Of a stretch of DNA of 64,000 nt, positions 41,122 through 50,562 are shown one piece after another. The stretch comes from Candidatus Bathyarchaeia archaeon (GTDB taxonomy: Archaea; Thermoproteota; Bathyarchaeia; Bathyarchaeales; Bathycorpusculaceae). Made by a program: the position numbers and the translations under genes. The notes beneath the pieces were generated by a model. It saw only the letters and a list, made by a program, of their open reading frames with translations. It ran no database searches and had not been told where the DNA came from. Numbering within the stretch: the stretch's first letter is position 1; each line of letters opens with the position of its first letter. Location: contig JBEKBM010000004.1 of assembly GCA_050015395.1 (NCBI GenBank), forward strand, positions 63,265-127,264, in the 5' to 3' direction.

Positions 41122-42228
41122 ATGTACAATTCGGCGAGCAAAAGAGAACTGCAAAGCTTTCTAATGGAGAAGCCGAAAGAATGCAAAGTCGCCGTTTTGC
41201 CTGATTTTTTCCTTGACAGACTCATAAGCTTGAACTGGAATTCATCAGAATTTTCAGGGTTAATTTCGGATGTGGCTAAACGGAAAGGCGGAAGCATCGA
41301 CGGCATCCCCCAAACTGACCTGCGAGGCGGAAACGCCATTAACGTGGCATCAGCCCTAGCCAACCTAGGCGCAGAGGTAACGCCGATTGTTTGCACAAGC
41401 GAATATGGCATGCAACAAGTAAGGTATCACTTCAGAGACATTGCCCTCGATACTTCGCATATAAAAGTTCATGATAAGGCTTCCATAACAACCGCCTTGG
41501 AGTTCAAAAACAAAAACGGGAAAACAAACGTTATGCTACGAGACTTAGGGGCGCTTTCGGATTTTGGACCAGCAAACCTCAATGAGAGCGATTATGCCTT
41601 GATGGAGAATGCGGATTATACTTGCCTTTTTAACTGGGCTGGTACATTAAAATTCGGCACGGCGCTGGCTCAAGCAGTTTTCGGCAGGACAAAAACGAAG
41701 GGCAAAGGCAAAACTTACTATGACACTGCAGACCCCACTCCTAACAGCGGTGCAATCGCTGAATTGATGGAAAAGGTTCTGAAATCTAATCAAGTGGACA
41801 TTCTGAGCCTAAATGAGAATGAAGCAATCATTTACGCCTCATTGCTTGACAAGACTCTGGATGATAAAAAGGAGCATTTTGCGTTTGCTGAGTTAGCGAT
41901 GGAAGCGGCACGCGTTTTAGCACAGCACTTGCCAGCGAGAATTGACTTGCATACCACGGTTTTTTCTGCCACTTTAAAGGGCAAAACTGAGACGGCGGTT
42001 CCTACGTTTAAGGTTAAAGTTTTACGGGCAACCGGCGCAGGTGATGCTTGGAATGCAGGAAACATCTTAGGCGATAGAAACGGTCTTTCAGACGAGTGCC
42101 GTTTAATGTTGGCAAACGCGGTTTCCGCTTGTTATCTTTCTGACCCTGCTGGAAATCATCCTTCCCAGAGTAAACTTTTGAAGTTTATTCTGAAATCAGA
42201 TAGCAACCTAAACGTTTTTTCGTTTTAA
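41122..42228 (+). CDS. PfkB-family carbohydrate kinase
   Basis: GGNAINVA, NENEA, TGAGDAWNAG. Confidence 0.9.
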   Translation: MYNSASKRELQSFLMEKPKECKVAVLPDFFLDRLISLNWNSSEFSGLISDVAKRKGGSIDGIPQTDLRGGNAINVASALANLGAEVTPIVCTSEYGMQQVRYHFRDIALDTSHIKVHDKASITTALEFKNKNGKTNVMLRDLGALSDFGPANLNESDYALMENADYTCLFNWAGTLKFGTALAQAVFGRTKTKGKGKTYYDTADPTPNSGAIAELMEKVLKSNQVDILSLNENEAIIYASLLDKTLDDKKEHFAFAELAMEAARVLAQHLPARIDLHTTVFSATLKGKTETAVPTFKVKVLRATGAGDAWNAGNILGDRNGLSDECRLMLANAVSACYLSDPAGNHPSQSKLLKFILKSDSNLNVFSF

Positions 42229-42419
42229 CTTTTTCAATTTTCACGTTATTTCTAAAGGCGCAAATTCTTGATCTTTTCCTTCGATTATGGCGCAGGCACT
42301 AACCAACACCTTAACCTTTTGCAACGTCTTTCTTAGATATCATTCTCTATCTCACCATATTCAGCTCTTTTTCGCGTTTTTTTCTCGATTTCATCATTTT
42401 GTTTTTACATCCTTTAACG

Positions 42420-43682
42420 TTATTTCAAGGGATGATTTCCCCTTGTTAAGTAAAGGAGGACACCGCCTCCAGTTGCACAAAGTAAGGCAGCATACGTAAA
42501 AGCTACAAATGGCGATACGACAACCCAAAGCGCTCCTACCACGGCGCTAGATGCAAAGTCACCAATGCCGTTAACTGTTTGCAGTACACCAAAACCCGTA
42601 CCCCTCGACTCCGCTGGCAACAAGTCAGCTGCCGCTGTTCCCTCTACAGTATCAGCTATTGCCGTGAAGAAGCCCGCTAATAGGAATATTGGAACCAAAA
42701 CCAAAAAGTCAGCCGTAAGAAAAGCTGTCCCCAAACAAGCCAATGCCGCTATAAAATAGCCTGCCACAAGAATCTTTCTCCTACCAATTCTATCGCTCAA
42801 TGCACCAACCGGGAAACAAAACGCCGCATAGGCAACATTAAGCAAAGTGTACAAGCCAACAGCAATGACTGAAGCTTCCAATGCGCCTACCCTTGGAGCT
42901 AAGACCTGTTGTGCTCTTAAGGTGAAGAGGCTGTTGGCGAAGTTTCCTAAGCCAAAAACGCCTACGCCGACAAGGAAGAGCTTAAAGGATCTTGGCAGCG
43001 TCTTAATTGATCTGACAAATCCTTTGTCCTTGACCACAACGTCGCCATGGGTTGAAACGATCGGAGTTTCAGATGATGGTTTTTTTCGGACTTCATGAAC
43101 AAGGAAGAAGACTGTGAAAAAAGCTGCCAAGCCAGGGATGATTGATATTGTAATAATTTGGCGATAGTTTAGAAAAGTGAAAGTTAGGAAAAACAGGGCT
43201 AAAGCTGGTCCGATAACAGCGCCTGTTGTGTCCATTGCTCTTTGGAAACCGAATGCCCTTCCTGTGGCTTCGGGAGGAACTGAATCCGCCAGCAAGGCAT
43301 CTCTGGGTGGCCCTCTAGCTCCTCTTCCCATCCAAGCGCCTACTCGTAAGCCAAGCACTTGGAGCCATGAGGTAGTTGCGGCTATGAGGGGCGTGAAGAT
43401 GCCTGTTAAAGCGTAACCAATGTTCATTATGGGCTTTCTTTTTCCAATTTTGTCGCTTAAGTATCCTGCGAAAGACTTCACGAGGCTTGACGCGCCATCG
43501 GAAAATCCTTCAATTAACCCTAAAACTGCTGGTCCTGCTCCAAGTGCGGCAAGGAAGAAGGGGAGGACGGCTGTGACCATTTCATGACTTGCATCGCTGA
43601 ATAGGCTTGTAAGCCCAATTGCGGCGATGTTTCTGTTTAGCCACTTTTCTTTTTTTGAATTATTGTTTGATTTGTTATTCAT
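42420..43682 (-). CDS. MFS transporter
   Basis: About 12 TM; GYLSDKIGKRK and GALSDRIGRRK motif A. Confidence 0.93.
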   Translation of the reverse strand: MNNKSNNNSKKEKWLNRNIAAIGLTSLFSDASHEMVTAVLPFFLAALGAGPAVLGLIEGFSDGASSLVKSFAGYLSDKIGKRKPIMNIGYALTGIFTPLIAATTSWLQVLGLRVGAWMGRGARGPPRDALLADSVPPEATGRAFGFQRAMDTTGAVIGPALALFFLTFTFLNYRQIITISIIPGLAAFFTVFFLVHEVRKKPSSETPIVSTHGDVVVKDKGFVRSIKTLPRSFKLFLVGVGVFGLGNFANSLFTLRAQQVLAPRVGALEASVIAVGLYTLLNVAYAAFCFPVGALSDRIGRRKILVAGYFIAALACLGTAFLTADFLVLVPIFLLAGFFTAIADTVEGTAAADLLPAESRGTGFGVLQTVNGIGDFASSAVVGALWVVVSPFVAFTYAALLCATGGGVLLYLTRGNHPLK

Positions 43683-44001
43683 GTTTTATGATCCTGCAGA
43701 TTTCGTTTATTTCTAGGTTAAAGGGAAGCTTTTTCAGTTCGGTTATTGCTGTGTTGACTATTTCCTCTCTCGAAGGATAATCTTCAGGCAGCCATTTGCC
43801 TTCTTCGATGGGAAACAGTTCAGTCATTACGCATTTAAGCTTAAGCTTAAGAGACGATAAGTCCAAAATGTACCGCAATCCATCGTCATCTTTTACGAGA
43901 AGTCGTCCATTACTATGCCAGTTTAGCTTGTTTATTTTGTCTAGATTCTTTTCTAAGTCGATTTCTTTTGGCTTTAGAGTGATTTCAAATATCTGATACA
44001 T
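43675..44001 (-). CDS. Hypothetical protein, 108 aa
   Basis: Overlaps the MFS start by 8 nt. Confidence 0.7.
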   Translation of the reverse strand: MYQIFEITLKPKEIDLEKNLDKINKLNWHSNGRLLVKDDDGLRYILDLSSLKLKLKCVMTELFPIEEGKWLPEDYPSREEIVNTAITELKKLPFNLEINEICRIIKHE

Positions 44002-44101
44002 GCTGCTTCAACCGCTATATGCTATACTCTACGGTTTCTGACTTTGCTAAAAGTTGGCTTTCTAAGCGAAACAACAGAAGACAGTCTATATTCTTGAAAG
44101 G

Positions 44102-44833
44102 TCACGTGAGGTTCACCCCGTGCGTTTGTTGGTCGGTCTTTATCCCTCGCCTACCTGCTAATTTTTCAACACTTCTAAGCAGAATATTTGCGGTGGATGC
44201 ACGTTCCCTCTCGGAAAACTCGTAGCTTTGTCTCCTTACATACTCAGAAAGTTCTGAATGTACCCGTTGAAGGTTTTGCTTCTCAACTTCAAGTATGGTT
44301 GCGGCAGTGTTCTGGCTCTGATCATGTTTGCCTTCTTCAAGCACACGAATCATTGTCACAAAGTGTGGAACGCAAAGACCCTTTGAACCAATGAAAAGTT
44401 TTGAAAACTCTTTATTCGAAGAAAGGAGTAAAGCTGTTTCTTTGAGATACATTCTCAGAAACTCGTCTATGTGAGTGCATGCGGGACATTTTTCCTCGTT
44501 TACGAGCATTTCGCGAAAGCTGTGGTTGTGATGACGTGTATGTTCAGTTGTGTCTTGGATTAGCTGTTCTGTAACGCTTTGCATAATTAAGGCAATTCCG
44601 TGTCCATCTGAGATTATTGGCTTGCTTGCCTCGATGAGCAGTTTAAAGGAATGCTGATTACAAAACCCTCTGCTTACAATGATTTGTTGCCTGGCTTTGG
44701 CATCCATGACGAGTTCAGAAAGATAATTATCCAAGTATTTCCGTTCGATTTCAGTTTCCAAATCGCAAAGGAAGCACTCGTTGCTTTTTTCAATGGCTCT
44801 CTTAATGCGGAGAAAAGTAATAGTTGTACTCAT
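44102..44833 (-). CDS. DUF6062-like protein (two CxxC...GxCxxH zinc modules)
   Basis: CFLC...VMD...GFCNQH and CPAC...GLCVPH; ATGA overlap with the upstream gene. Confidence 0.8.
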   Translation of the reverse strand: MSTTITFLRIKRAIEKSNECFLCDLETEIERKYLDNYLSELVMDAKARQQIIVSRGFCNQHSFKLLIEASKPIISDGHGIALIMQSVTEQLIQDTTEHTRHHNHSFREMLVNEEKCPACTHIDEFLRMYLKETALLLSSNKEFSKLFIGSKGLCVPHFVTMIRVLEEGKHDQSQNTAATILEVEKQNLQRVHSELSEYVRRQSYEFSERERASTANILLRSVEKLAGRRGIKTDQQTHGVNLT

Positions 44834-45693
44834 AGCTTCAAGTCCTTAGAGGGAGTGAGTTTTTGAAGTATTGTGATGGCGTAGTAGGTGTCTTCGAAGG
44901 TGGATATGCCGAGGTCTGAGCGGGCAAAACCGCCGTTTTTGTTCTGGCACTTCAATATCCAGTCTATCGTTTGTGTTGGATACTGGCTTTTTTCGCCAAG
45001 CAAGTCAAGCGTCATCACGCCATAATAGGTGTGTTCCATATACGGCTCGATACTCATCGGTATAACTGTGAAGCCGCCGTAGGGTTTTTCGCATGCCCTC
45101 ACGAACATTAAAGTTTCACGCAAATCTCGTAGACTCTCGTTAAGAAGGCTCATAGAAGCAGTTGCGTAATAGGTTGAGTTAATGTTGGATTGCCCTTGTG
45201 TTCCAAAACCTCCGTCATTATTTTTGAAATGAAGCAGCCACTCTGCCACTTCTTTCTTGTTAACCTTGATTTTTAGCAGATCAGCAAGCTCGAGTGCCAT
45301 GAAGGTTGTGGTAAACTCTGAGGAGACTTCAGCAAAGAATTCTGTGGAACCAAAATACGCTTGTGTATTAAAAGTTGAAAGAGCGTGTTTTTTCAATTTT
45401 GCGTCAATACTTTTGCCAAGCAACAGTGAAGCTTTGCTTACGTAATAGATTGAGTAGATGTTGCCTAAACGAATGTCGTTTATGAATTTTACAGTTTTTT
45501 CAATATTAGGGAAATTTGCATTTAGCAGACTTAGAATAGTTAATCCATAATATGTGTCTTGACCGTTTGACTCTGCGCCCTGGCAAAAAGTGTAACCTCC
45601 ATCTTTGTTCTGACGATTAATTACGTAATTTGTTATCCTTCTATTCCATGATGGGTCGCTTAGCCGCTTAACTTCAACCAATGCATTCATCAC
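44830..45693 (-). CDS. Prenyltransferase/squalene-cyclase (PFTB) repeat protein
   Basis: Four QNxDGGF...TYYA-type repeats. Confidence 0.85.
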   Translation of the reverse strand: MMNALVEVKRLSDPSWNRRITNYVINRQNKDGGYTFCQGAESNGQDTYYGLTILSLLNANFPNIEKTVKFINDIRLGNIYSIYYVSKASLLLGKSIDAKLKKHALSTFNTQAYFGSTEFFAEVSSEFTTTFMALELADLLKIKVNKKEVAEWLLHFKNNDGGFGTQGQSNINSTYYATASMSLLNESLRDLRETLMFVRACEKPYGGFTVIPMSIEPYMEHTYYGVMTLDLLGEKSQYPTQTIDWILKCQNKNGGFARSDLGISTFEDTYYAITILQKLTPSKDLKL

Positions 45694-45706
45694 TCTGATT
45701 TTAATT

Positions 45707-45769
45707 GGTAGAAGCTATCAGCCTTAGCCCCTATGAAGCAAAGGCGGTTAAAGGCGAGCCTCATCACCC
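45707..45769 (-). ncRNA. Fluoride riboswitch (crcB class)
   Basis: Minus strand GGGTGATGAGGCTCGCCTTTAACCGCCTTTGCTTCATAGGGGCTAAGGCTGATAGCTTCTACC: P1 GGTGA/TCGCC, AACCGC, inner stem GCCTT/AAGGC, pseudoknot GAGGCT/AGCTTC, terminal CTAC. Confidence 0.88.
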
Positions 45770-45789
45770 AGTAGTCTTTGGATAAGACT

Positions 45790-45806
45790 GCCAAATAAGC
45801 GTTTCT
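45790..45806 (-). promoter_or_regulatory. BRE/TATA-like promoter of the riboswitch transcript
   Basis: GAAACG-CTTATTT about 25 nt upstream of the first G of the aptamer. Confidence 0.5.
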
Positions 45807-45890
45807 TCTTTGTTGTATAAATAAGCCAAATTATTTTAAGCAATAAGCCTTAACCATGCATAACAATTAACGATAAGGCGAGGCATAGGG

Positions 45891-47255
45891 ATGGCTAAAC
45901 TGTTTGGAAGCTCAGGCGTGAGAGGCTTAGTGAACGTTGATTTGACTCCGTTGCTTGCTTGCAAAGTTGGTTTAGCGGTAGCTGCATATGCAAAAGCCAA
46001 AAAAGCAGTTGTAGCCCGTGACACGCGAGTTTCAGGAGACATGCTTGAGGACGCCTTGGTTTCGGGTTTGCTATCAAGCGGCACAGACGTTTATTTGGCT
46101 GGCATTGTTCCGACCCCCACTTTAGCCTATGCCACAAGAGCGTTGGGAGGAGACGTAGGGTTCATGCTTACTGCCTCGCATAATCCGTCCCAATATAACG
46201 GAATAAAAGTGTTCAAGGGTTCCAGCATATCCTACACTGACAAGGACCAAGACGCTGTCGAAAAAAACGTGCTGGAAAGAACATTTGCGCTGGCAGATTG
46301 GCGCAGGCTCGGCAAAACCACCCCCCTCGATGCAAGCCAAGTCTACATGGAAATGGCGCTAAAATCCGTCACACTTCATAAGCATTGGCATGTTATTGTT
46401 GACTCAGGATGCGGTGCCACCTTCAAGGTTGCCCCTGCAATGCTCAAAGCCATGGGCTGCAAGGTTACTGCCATTAACGCTCAACCAGACGGGTATTTTC
46501 CAGCGCGAAAATCTGAGCCGACCGCTGAATCTCTCAAAGATTTGGCGAACATTGTAAAAACTCTTGGCGCTGATGCAGGCGTTGCTTTTGATGGTGACGG
46601 TGACCGAGTAGCTTTCGTCGATGAGAAGGGCGTTTTTGTCAGCTTTGACCGTTCATTGGCTGCTTATGCTGCTTATGCGCTTAAGCAGAGTGGCGGTGGA
46701 ACAGTAGTAACAAATGTTGAAGCGTCAATGTGTGTGGAAACTATGGTGCAAGCGCAAGGCGGCAGGGTCATTCGCACCAGAGTTGGAGATATTTACATTT
46801 CAGAAGCGATTAAGCAGTCGGGTGCAGTTTTCGGCGGTGAACCGTGTGGCGCTTGGGTGCATCCGCAAAGTCATTATTGTCCTGATGGACCGCTTTCTGC
46901 AGCGCTAATGTTTAAGGCTTTGGAAGATGAAAACAAAAGTTTAAGCGAGTTCATCTCTGCTGTTCCAGAGTACATTACTCGGAGAGAAAACATTGCCTAT
47001 AAGAACGCGCAGAAGTACAAGGCGGTGGCAAAAATTGGGGCTGCCCTAAAAACAGAGTTTGCGGATTACACTGATTTTTCAACGGTTGATGGTGTTCGGT
47101 TAGCGCTAAAGCGTGGTTGGTTGCTGGTTCGGGCTTCTGGAACGGAACCGCTTATTCGTTTAACTGTTGAAGGAGAATCTTTAGCAGTGGCAAATGATAT
47201 AACTGGAAAGGCAACAGCAGTAATAAAGAAAGAAGTTGAGGCTGAAATAAAATGA
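45891..47255 (+). CDS. glmM: Phosphoglucosamine mutase / phosphohexomutase
   Basis: LFGSSGVRG, TASHNP, FDGDGDR, RASGTEP. Confidence 0.93.
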   Translation: MAKLFGSSGVRGLVNVDLTPLLACKVGLAVAAYAKAKKAVVARDTRVSGDMLEDALVSGLLSSGTDVYLAGIVPTPTLAYATRALGGDVGFMLTASHNPSQYNGIKVFKGSSISYTDKDQDAVEKNVLERTFALADWRRLGKTTPLDASQVYMEMALKSVTLHKHWHVIVDSGCGATFKVAPAMLKAMGCKVTAINAQPDGYFPARKSEPTAESLKDLANIVKTLGADAGVAFDGDGDRVAFVDEKGVFVSFDRSLAAYAAYALKQSGGGTVVTNVEASMCVETMVQAQGGRVIRTRVGDIYISEAIKQSGAVFGGEPCGAWVHPQSHYCPDGPLSAALMFKALEDENKSLSEFISAVPEYITRRENIAYKNAQKYKAVAKIGAALKTEFADYTDFSTVDGVRLALKRGWLLVRASGTEPLIRLTVEGESLAVANDITGKATAVIKKEVEAEIK

Positions 47256-48532
47256 AAGCTGTATTACTTGCGGCTGGCGAAGGCGTCAGGCTTTTGCCCA
47301 TAACGGCGACGCGTCCTAAGCATTTGATTAAGGTTGGCGGAAAACCGATTCTGCAGTTCTGCTTGGAAGCTGTAAAGAACGCTGGAATAACTGAGGCAAT
47401 AATTGTTACGCATTATATGGGTGACGCGATTCGCCAATACTTCGGCGATGGCGAAAAACTTGGGTTACGCATCAGTTATGTTGAGCAAAAAGCGGTGTTT
47501 GGCACAGGAAACGCCGCTGGTGTAGCTGAGCCGTATGTGGATGATGATTTTGTTCTAGTTTACGGCGACTTATTGTTCGGTTTAGATGCCGTAAAAAACG
47601 TTTTAAAATTGTATGAGCGCGGGAAAACCGCTGCGGTCATGGGTGTTGTCCAGGTTGATAAACCTGAAAGCTACGGAATAATCAAGTTAGACGAAGAGAA
47701 AAAGGTTAAGCGCATCGTGGAGAAGCCTGCTGCTGGGAAAGCACCGTCAAACTTGGCTAATGCTGGCGTATACGTTTTTTCCAGGGTGGTTTTTGATAAG
47801 ATAAAGCAAACAAAAGCTTCCGTCCGCGGTGAATGGGAACTCACCGACGCCGTAACCTTGCTGGCTGAAGAAGGCAAAACGGTTTTAGCTGCCGAAATTT
47901 CGAAGGATGACTGGTTTGACGTGGGCAGGCCTTGGGATTTGCTTGATGCTAACAACTGGGCTTTAAAACGCATGGAGCTCCAAGTTTTAGGCACAATAGA
48001 GCAAGGAGCCCACCTTATCGGACCAGTTTCTGTTGCGGAATCAGCCCGCATCCGCTCGGGCGCATACATTGAAGGCCCAGTCTTTATAGATGAAGACTGC
48101 GACGTGGGACCAAACTGTTACGTTCGGTCGGGCACGACTTTAGGCAGAAGCGTGCGTGTAGGCAACGCTTGCGAAATAAAAAACAGCATCATCATGGACC
48201 ACACGCATGTGGGCCACTTATCTTATGTTGGTGACAGTATTCTTGGCGAACGTTGCAATTTGGGCGCTGGCACTGTCACGGCTAATTACCGTTTAGACGC
48301 AGGCACAATCAAAATGATAGTAAAAGACCAGCTCATCGACACGGGCAGGCGAAAACTCGGCGCAGTTCTCGGCGACAACGTGAAAACAGGGATTAAATCA
48401 CTATTTATGCCCGGAATCAAGGTGGGCGTTAACAGTTGGATAGGACCAAACGTTATGGTTGAACGAGACTTGCCCGCTAACTCAATGGCGTTTCTAAAGC
48501 AAAACTGCGAAATACAAGAAAAGAAACCCTGA
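47252..48532 (+). CDS. glmU: Bifunctional sugar-1-phosphate nucleotidyltransferase/acetyltransferase
   Basis: LAAGEGVRL..RPK; C-terminal left-handed beta helix, HLSYVGDS. Confidence 0.93.
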   Translation: MKAVLLAAGEGVRLLPITATRPKHLIKVGGKPILQFCLEAVKNAGITEAIIVTHYMGDAIRQYFGDGEKLGLRISYVEQKAVFGTGNAAGVAEPYVDDDFVLVYGDLLFGLDAVKNVLKLYERGKTAAVMGVVQVDKPESYGIIKLDEEKKVKRIVEKPAAGKAPSNLANAGVYVFSRVVFDKIKQTKASVRGEWELTDAVTLLAEEGKTVLAAEISKDDWFDVGRPWDLLDANNWALKRMELQVLGTIEQGAHLIGPVSVAESARIRSGAYIEGPVFIDEDCDVGPNCYVRSGTTLGRSVRVGNACEIKNSIIMDHTHVGHLSYVGDSILGERCNLGAGTVTANYRLDAGTIKMIVKDQLIDTGRRKLGAVLGDNVKTGIKSLFMPGIKVGVNSWIGPNVMVERDLPANSMAFLKQNCEIQEKKP

Positions 48533-48837
48533 TAGTCGACCGCCAAGAAAAAATTGAATTTGCGCTTTGGACTAAACCAGATGGCATTGTTTTTGACGAA
48601 GAAATATTAAGGCGGCGTAGGAAATCGCAACTAAGTGAAGGCTTCTCGGCTTGGGTTGTTTCAGCGGAGGATTTTATAGTAACTAAATTGGCTATGCCTG
48701 ATCGGGGCGTTATAGACGAGCAGGACGTGAAAAGTGTGCTGGTTAGGCAAGAAGGTAAGCTAGATTGGAATTACCTTGAGAAAAGAGCAAAAGAAACGCA
48801 AGTGCTTGCGATTCTAAAAGCTATTCAAGATGCATAA
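48532..48837 (+). pseudogene. C-terminal remnant of a DUF6036/AbiEii-like nucleotidyltransferase
   Basis: Open frame with no ATG/GTG/TTG at its 5' end: ...VVSAEDFIVTKLA..DEQDVKSVL...LDWNYLEKRA. Confidence 0.6.
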
Positions 48838-48845
48838 ACGCGTTT

Positions 48846-49217
48846 TTAGCTTTTAGCGATTTTATTTTTAATTTCCAGCGCAAGGTTCTTTGTTCCTTTA
48901 ATTAGAACGCCGCTCGAGAAAATTTTCTGCTTGAGAACTTCGGGAACTCTTGCTATCTCTACCATATCCACAGGCAAACTGATTTCCAGTTCAATTTGCG
49001 CGTTCAAGTTAAGGAACTCTTTGAAGGTAAGTTCTTGCTCTGAGTAGATGGCTAAGTCTATGTCTCTTATGCTGTCTCGCCGTGTTAAACTGCCAAAAAG
49101 CCAAGCAAGCTTAATCTGTTTCTCTCGGGCAAGTAAAGTCTTGAGTTTGGCGATTAGGGTTTCTTTTTCTTTTTGCCCAATTCTATAATACTGTATTTTG
49201 TCATAAGTCGATTGCAT
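48846..49217 (-). CDS. Minimal nucleotidyltransferase antitoxin (MntA-like)
   Basis: LFGS...DIDLAI, PVDMV. Confidence 0.9.
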   Translation of the reverse strand: MQSTYDKIQYYRIGQKEKETLIAKLKTLLAREKQIKLAWLFGSLTRRDSIRDIDLAIYSEQELTFKEFLNLNAQIELEISLPVDMVEIARVPEVLKQKIFSSGVLIKGTKNLALEIKNKIAKS

Positions 49218-49620
49218 ATTTGTCCTGCACGCTCTCTAAAAATTTATTGACGCTTTTGAAGTCGTTTTTAATTGAGTTGTAAACTTGATTATCATCTATT
49301 ATCCAGTAACGGTGGGTTAGTAAGTTCCTAAGCCGTACCAATGCAGTTAACTCTTTAGCACAGTTGTCACTTATGCCTTCTTCATCGAGAAGTCTAAAGC
49401 ATTCAGAGTACGATAGGGGCTCTTGTTGAAGGTCTTCTTTGGCAACGTGTAGGCATACGCTTCCCAAAGCTTCAGCAAGAACAATGACATGGTACCTGAT
49501 GGCGTATTTCTCCTCCATATTTAGCTCAGCGTAAGGCTTCATAGTCAGCCTCTTTAACTCTGCTTCGGCATCTAAGACTTCAGTTATTCTCTGTTTTATT
49601 TGGCTCACGTCAACAGGCAT
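49201..49620 (-). CDS. HEPN RNase toxin (DUF86/HepT-like)
   Basis: RNLLTHRY motif; SYSECF..L. Confidence 0.9.
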   Translation of the reverse strand: MPVDVSQIKQRITEVLDAEAELKRLTMKPYAELNMEEKYAIRYHVIVLAEALGSVCLHVAKEDLQQEPLSYSECFRLLDEEGISDNCAKELTALVRLRNLLTHRYWIIDDNQVYNSIKNDFKSVNKFLESVQDKYAIDL

Positions 49621-49847
49621 TTAAATCAGCGATAACACTATTTCTCCGCTTAGAATATTACTGTTGCGTAAAAACACTGACTTTAAGTCCTCTAAAAACT
49701 TTGAACTTGAGTTCAACGATTACCGTATTTGTATCGAGTTATACACTAGATGAGAATTTGCTCAAGTTTAGTTTCTCCCTAGTTTTTGGAAGCCCTCTTT
49801 TCGGTATAATGCTCTTCGCTTTTTCTCTTCCATTGCCAAAAATATCT

Positions 49848-50330
49848 TTAAGCCTTTGCTGGTTGGTTTAGGCTTTTGGCGAAGCCTTCCGCTTGCTTAA
49901 TGTCGTCTTTGTTTGGTCGTTCTTTGTTTAAGCCTCCCACTATTTTCATAAGCCCATAAGTGTCAAGTCCTGCACAGTTAAACTCTCCAACAATAGTGAA
50001 GCCTTTGGATTGAAGTTTTTCTCTGAGTTGCTTGTGGAATTTAGACGTGTTTCCTGTTTGGCCGCTTGTGGAGAATATGAATGCTTTCTTGTTGGTTACC
50101 TGAGGCAGCTTGTCGGCAAGGTCAAGCAGAGATTTGTGGTGTTTTCCAAAGTAGATTCCGGAGCCGAAACCGATAAGGTCATACTCGGAGAGACCATTTG
50201 GGTTAACTTCTGGTGGCGTTTTAATTTCTGCGTTGAGAGTGCTTGCGAAAACCAAAGCTATTTTCGCTGTATTCTTATGATGATAAGAAAAACAGATGAC
50301 TATTGTTTTCATAATTTCACGGGCAATCAA
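49848..50330 (-). CDS. Flavodoxin-family protein
   Basis: SYHHKNTAKIA, GFGSGIY, FSTSG. Confidence 0.9.
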   Translation of the reverse strand: MIAREIMKTIVICFSYHHKNTAKIALVFASTLNAEIKTPPEVNPNGLSEYDLIGFGSGIYFGKHHKSLLDLADKLPQVTNKKAFIFSTSGQTGNTSKFHKQLREKLQSKGFTIVGEFNCAGLDTYGLMKIVGGLNKERPNKDDIKQAEGFAKSLNQPAKA

Positions 50331-50562
50331 GCTTTAAAGTGTTAAGCTAATATATTTTTTGATTGAAGAAAGAATACTGCTAACTAAAGTGACATGACCG
50401 CGGTTAGTGGTGGTTGCTGGTTTGTTGGTCTACTTCAAATGCAAGCGATGAAAATAAGTTGTGTCCAGAAAACTGGACTTAGCTTTCATTGTCTTACCCA
50501 GTATGTCTACAAACGAGGAATTAAATAGTCAAATGGATATGACAGCTTGGGGTCGATGAAAA

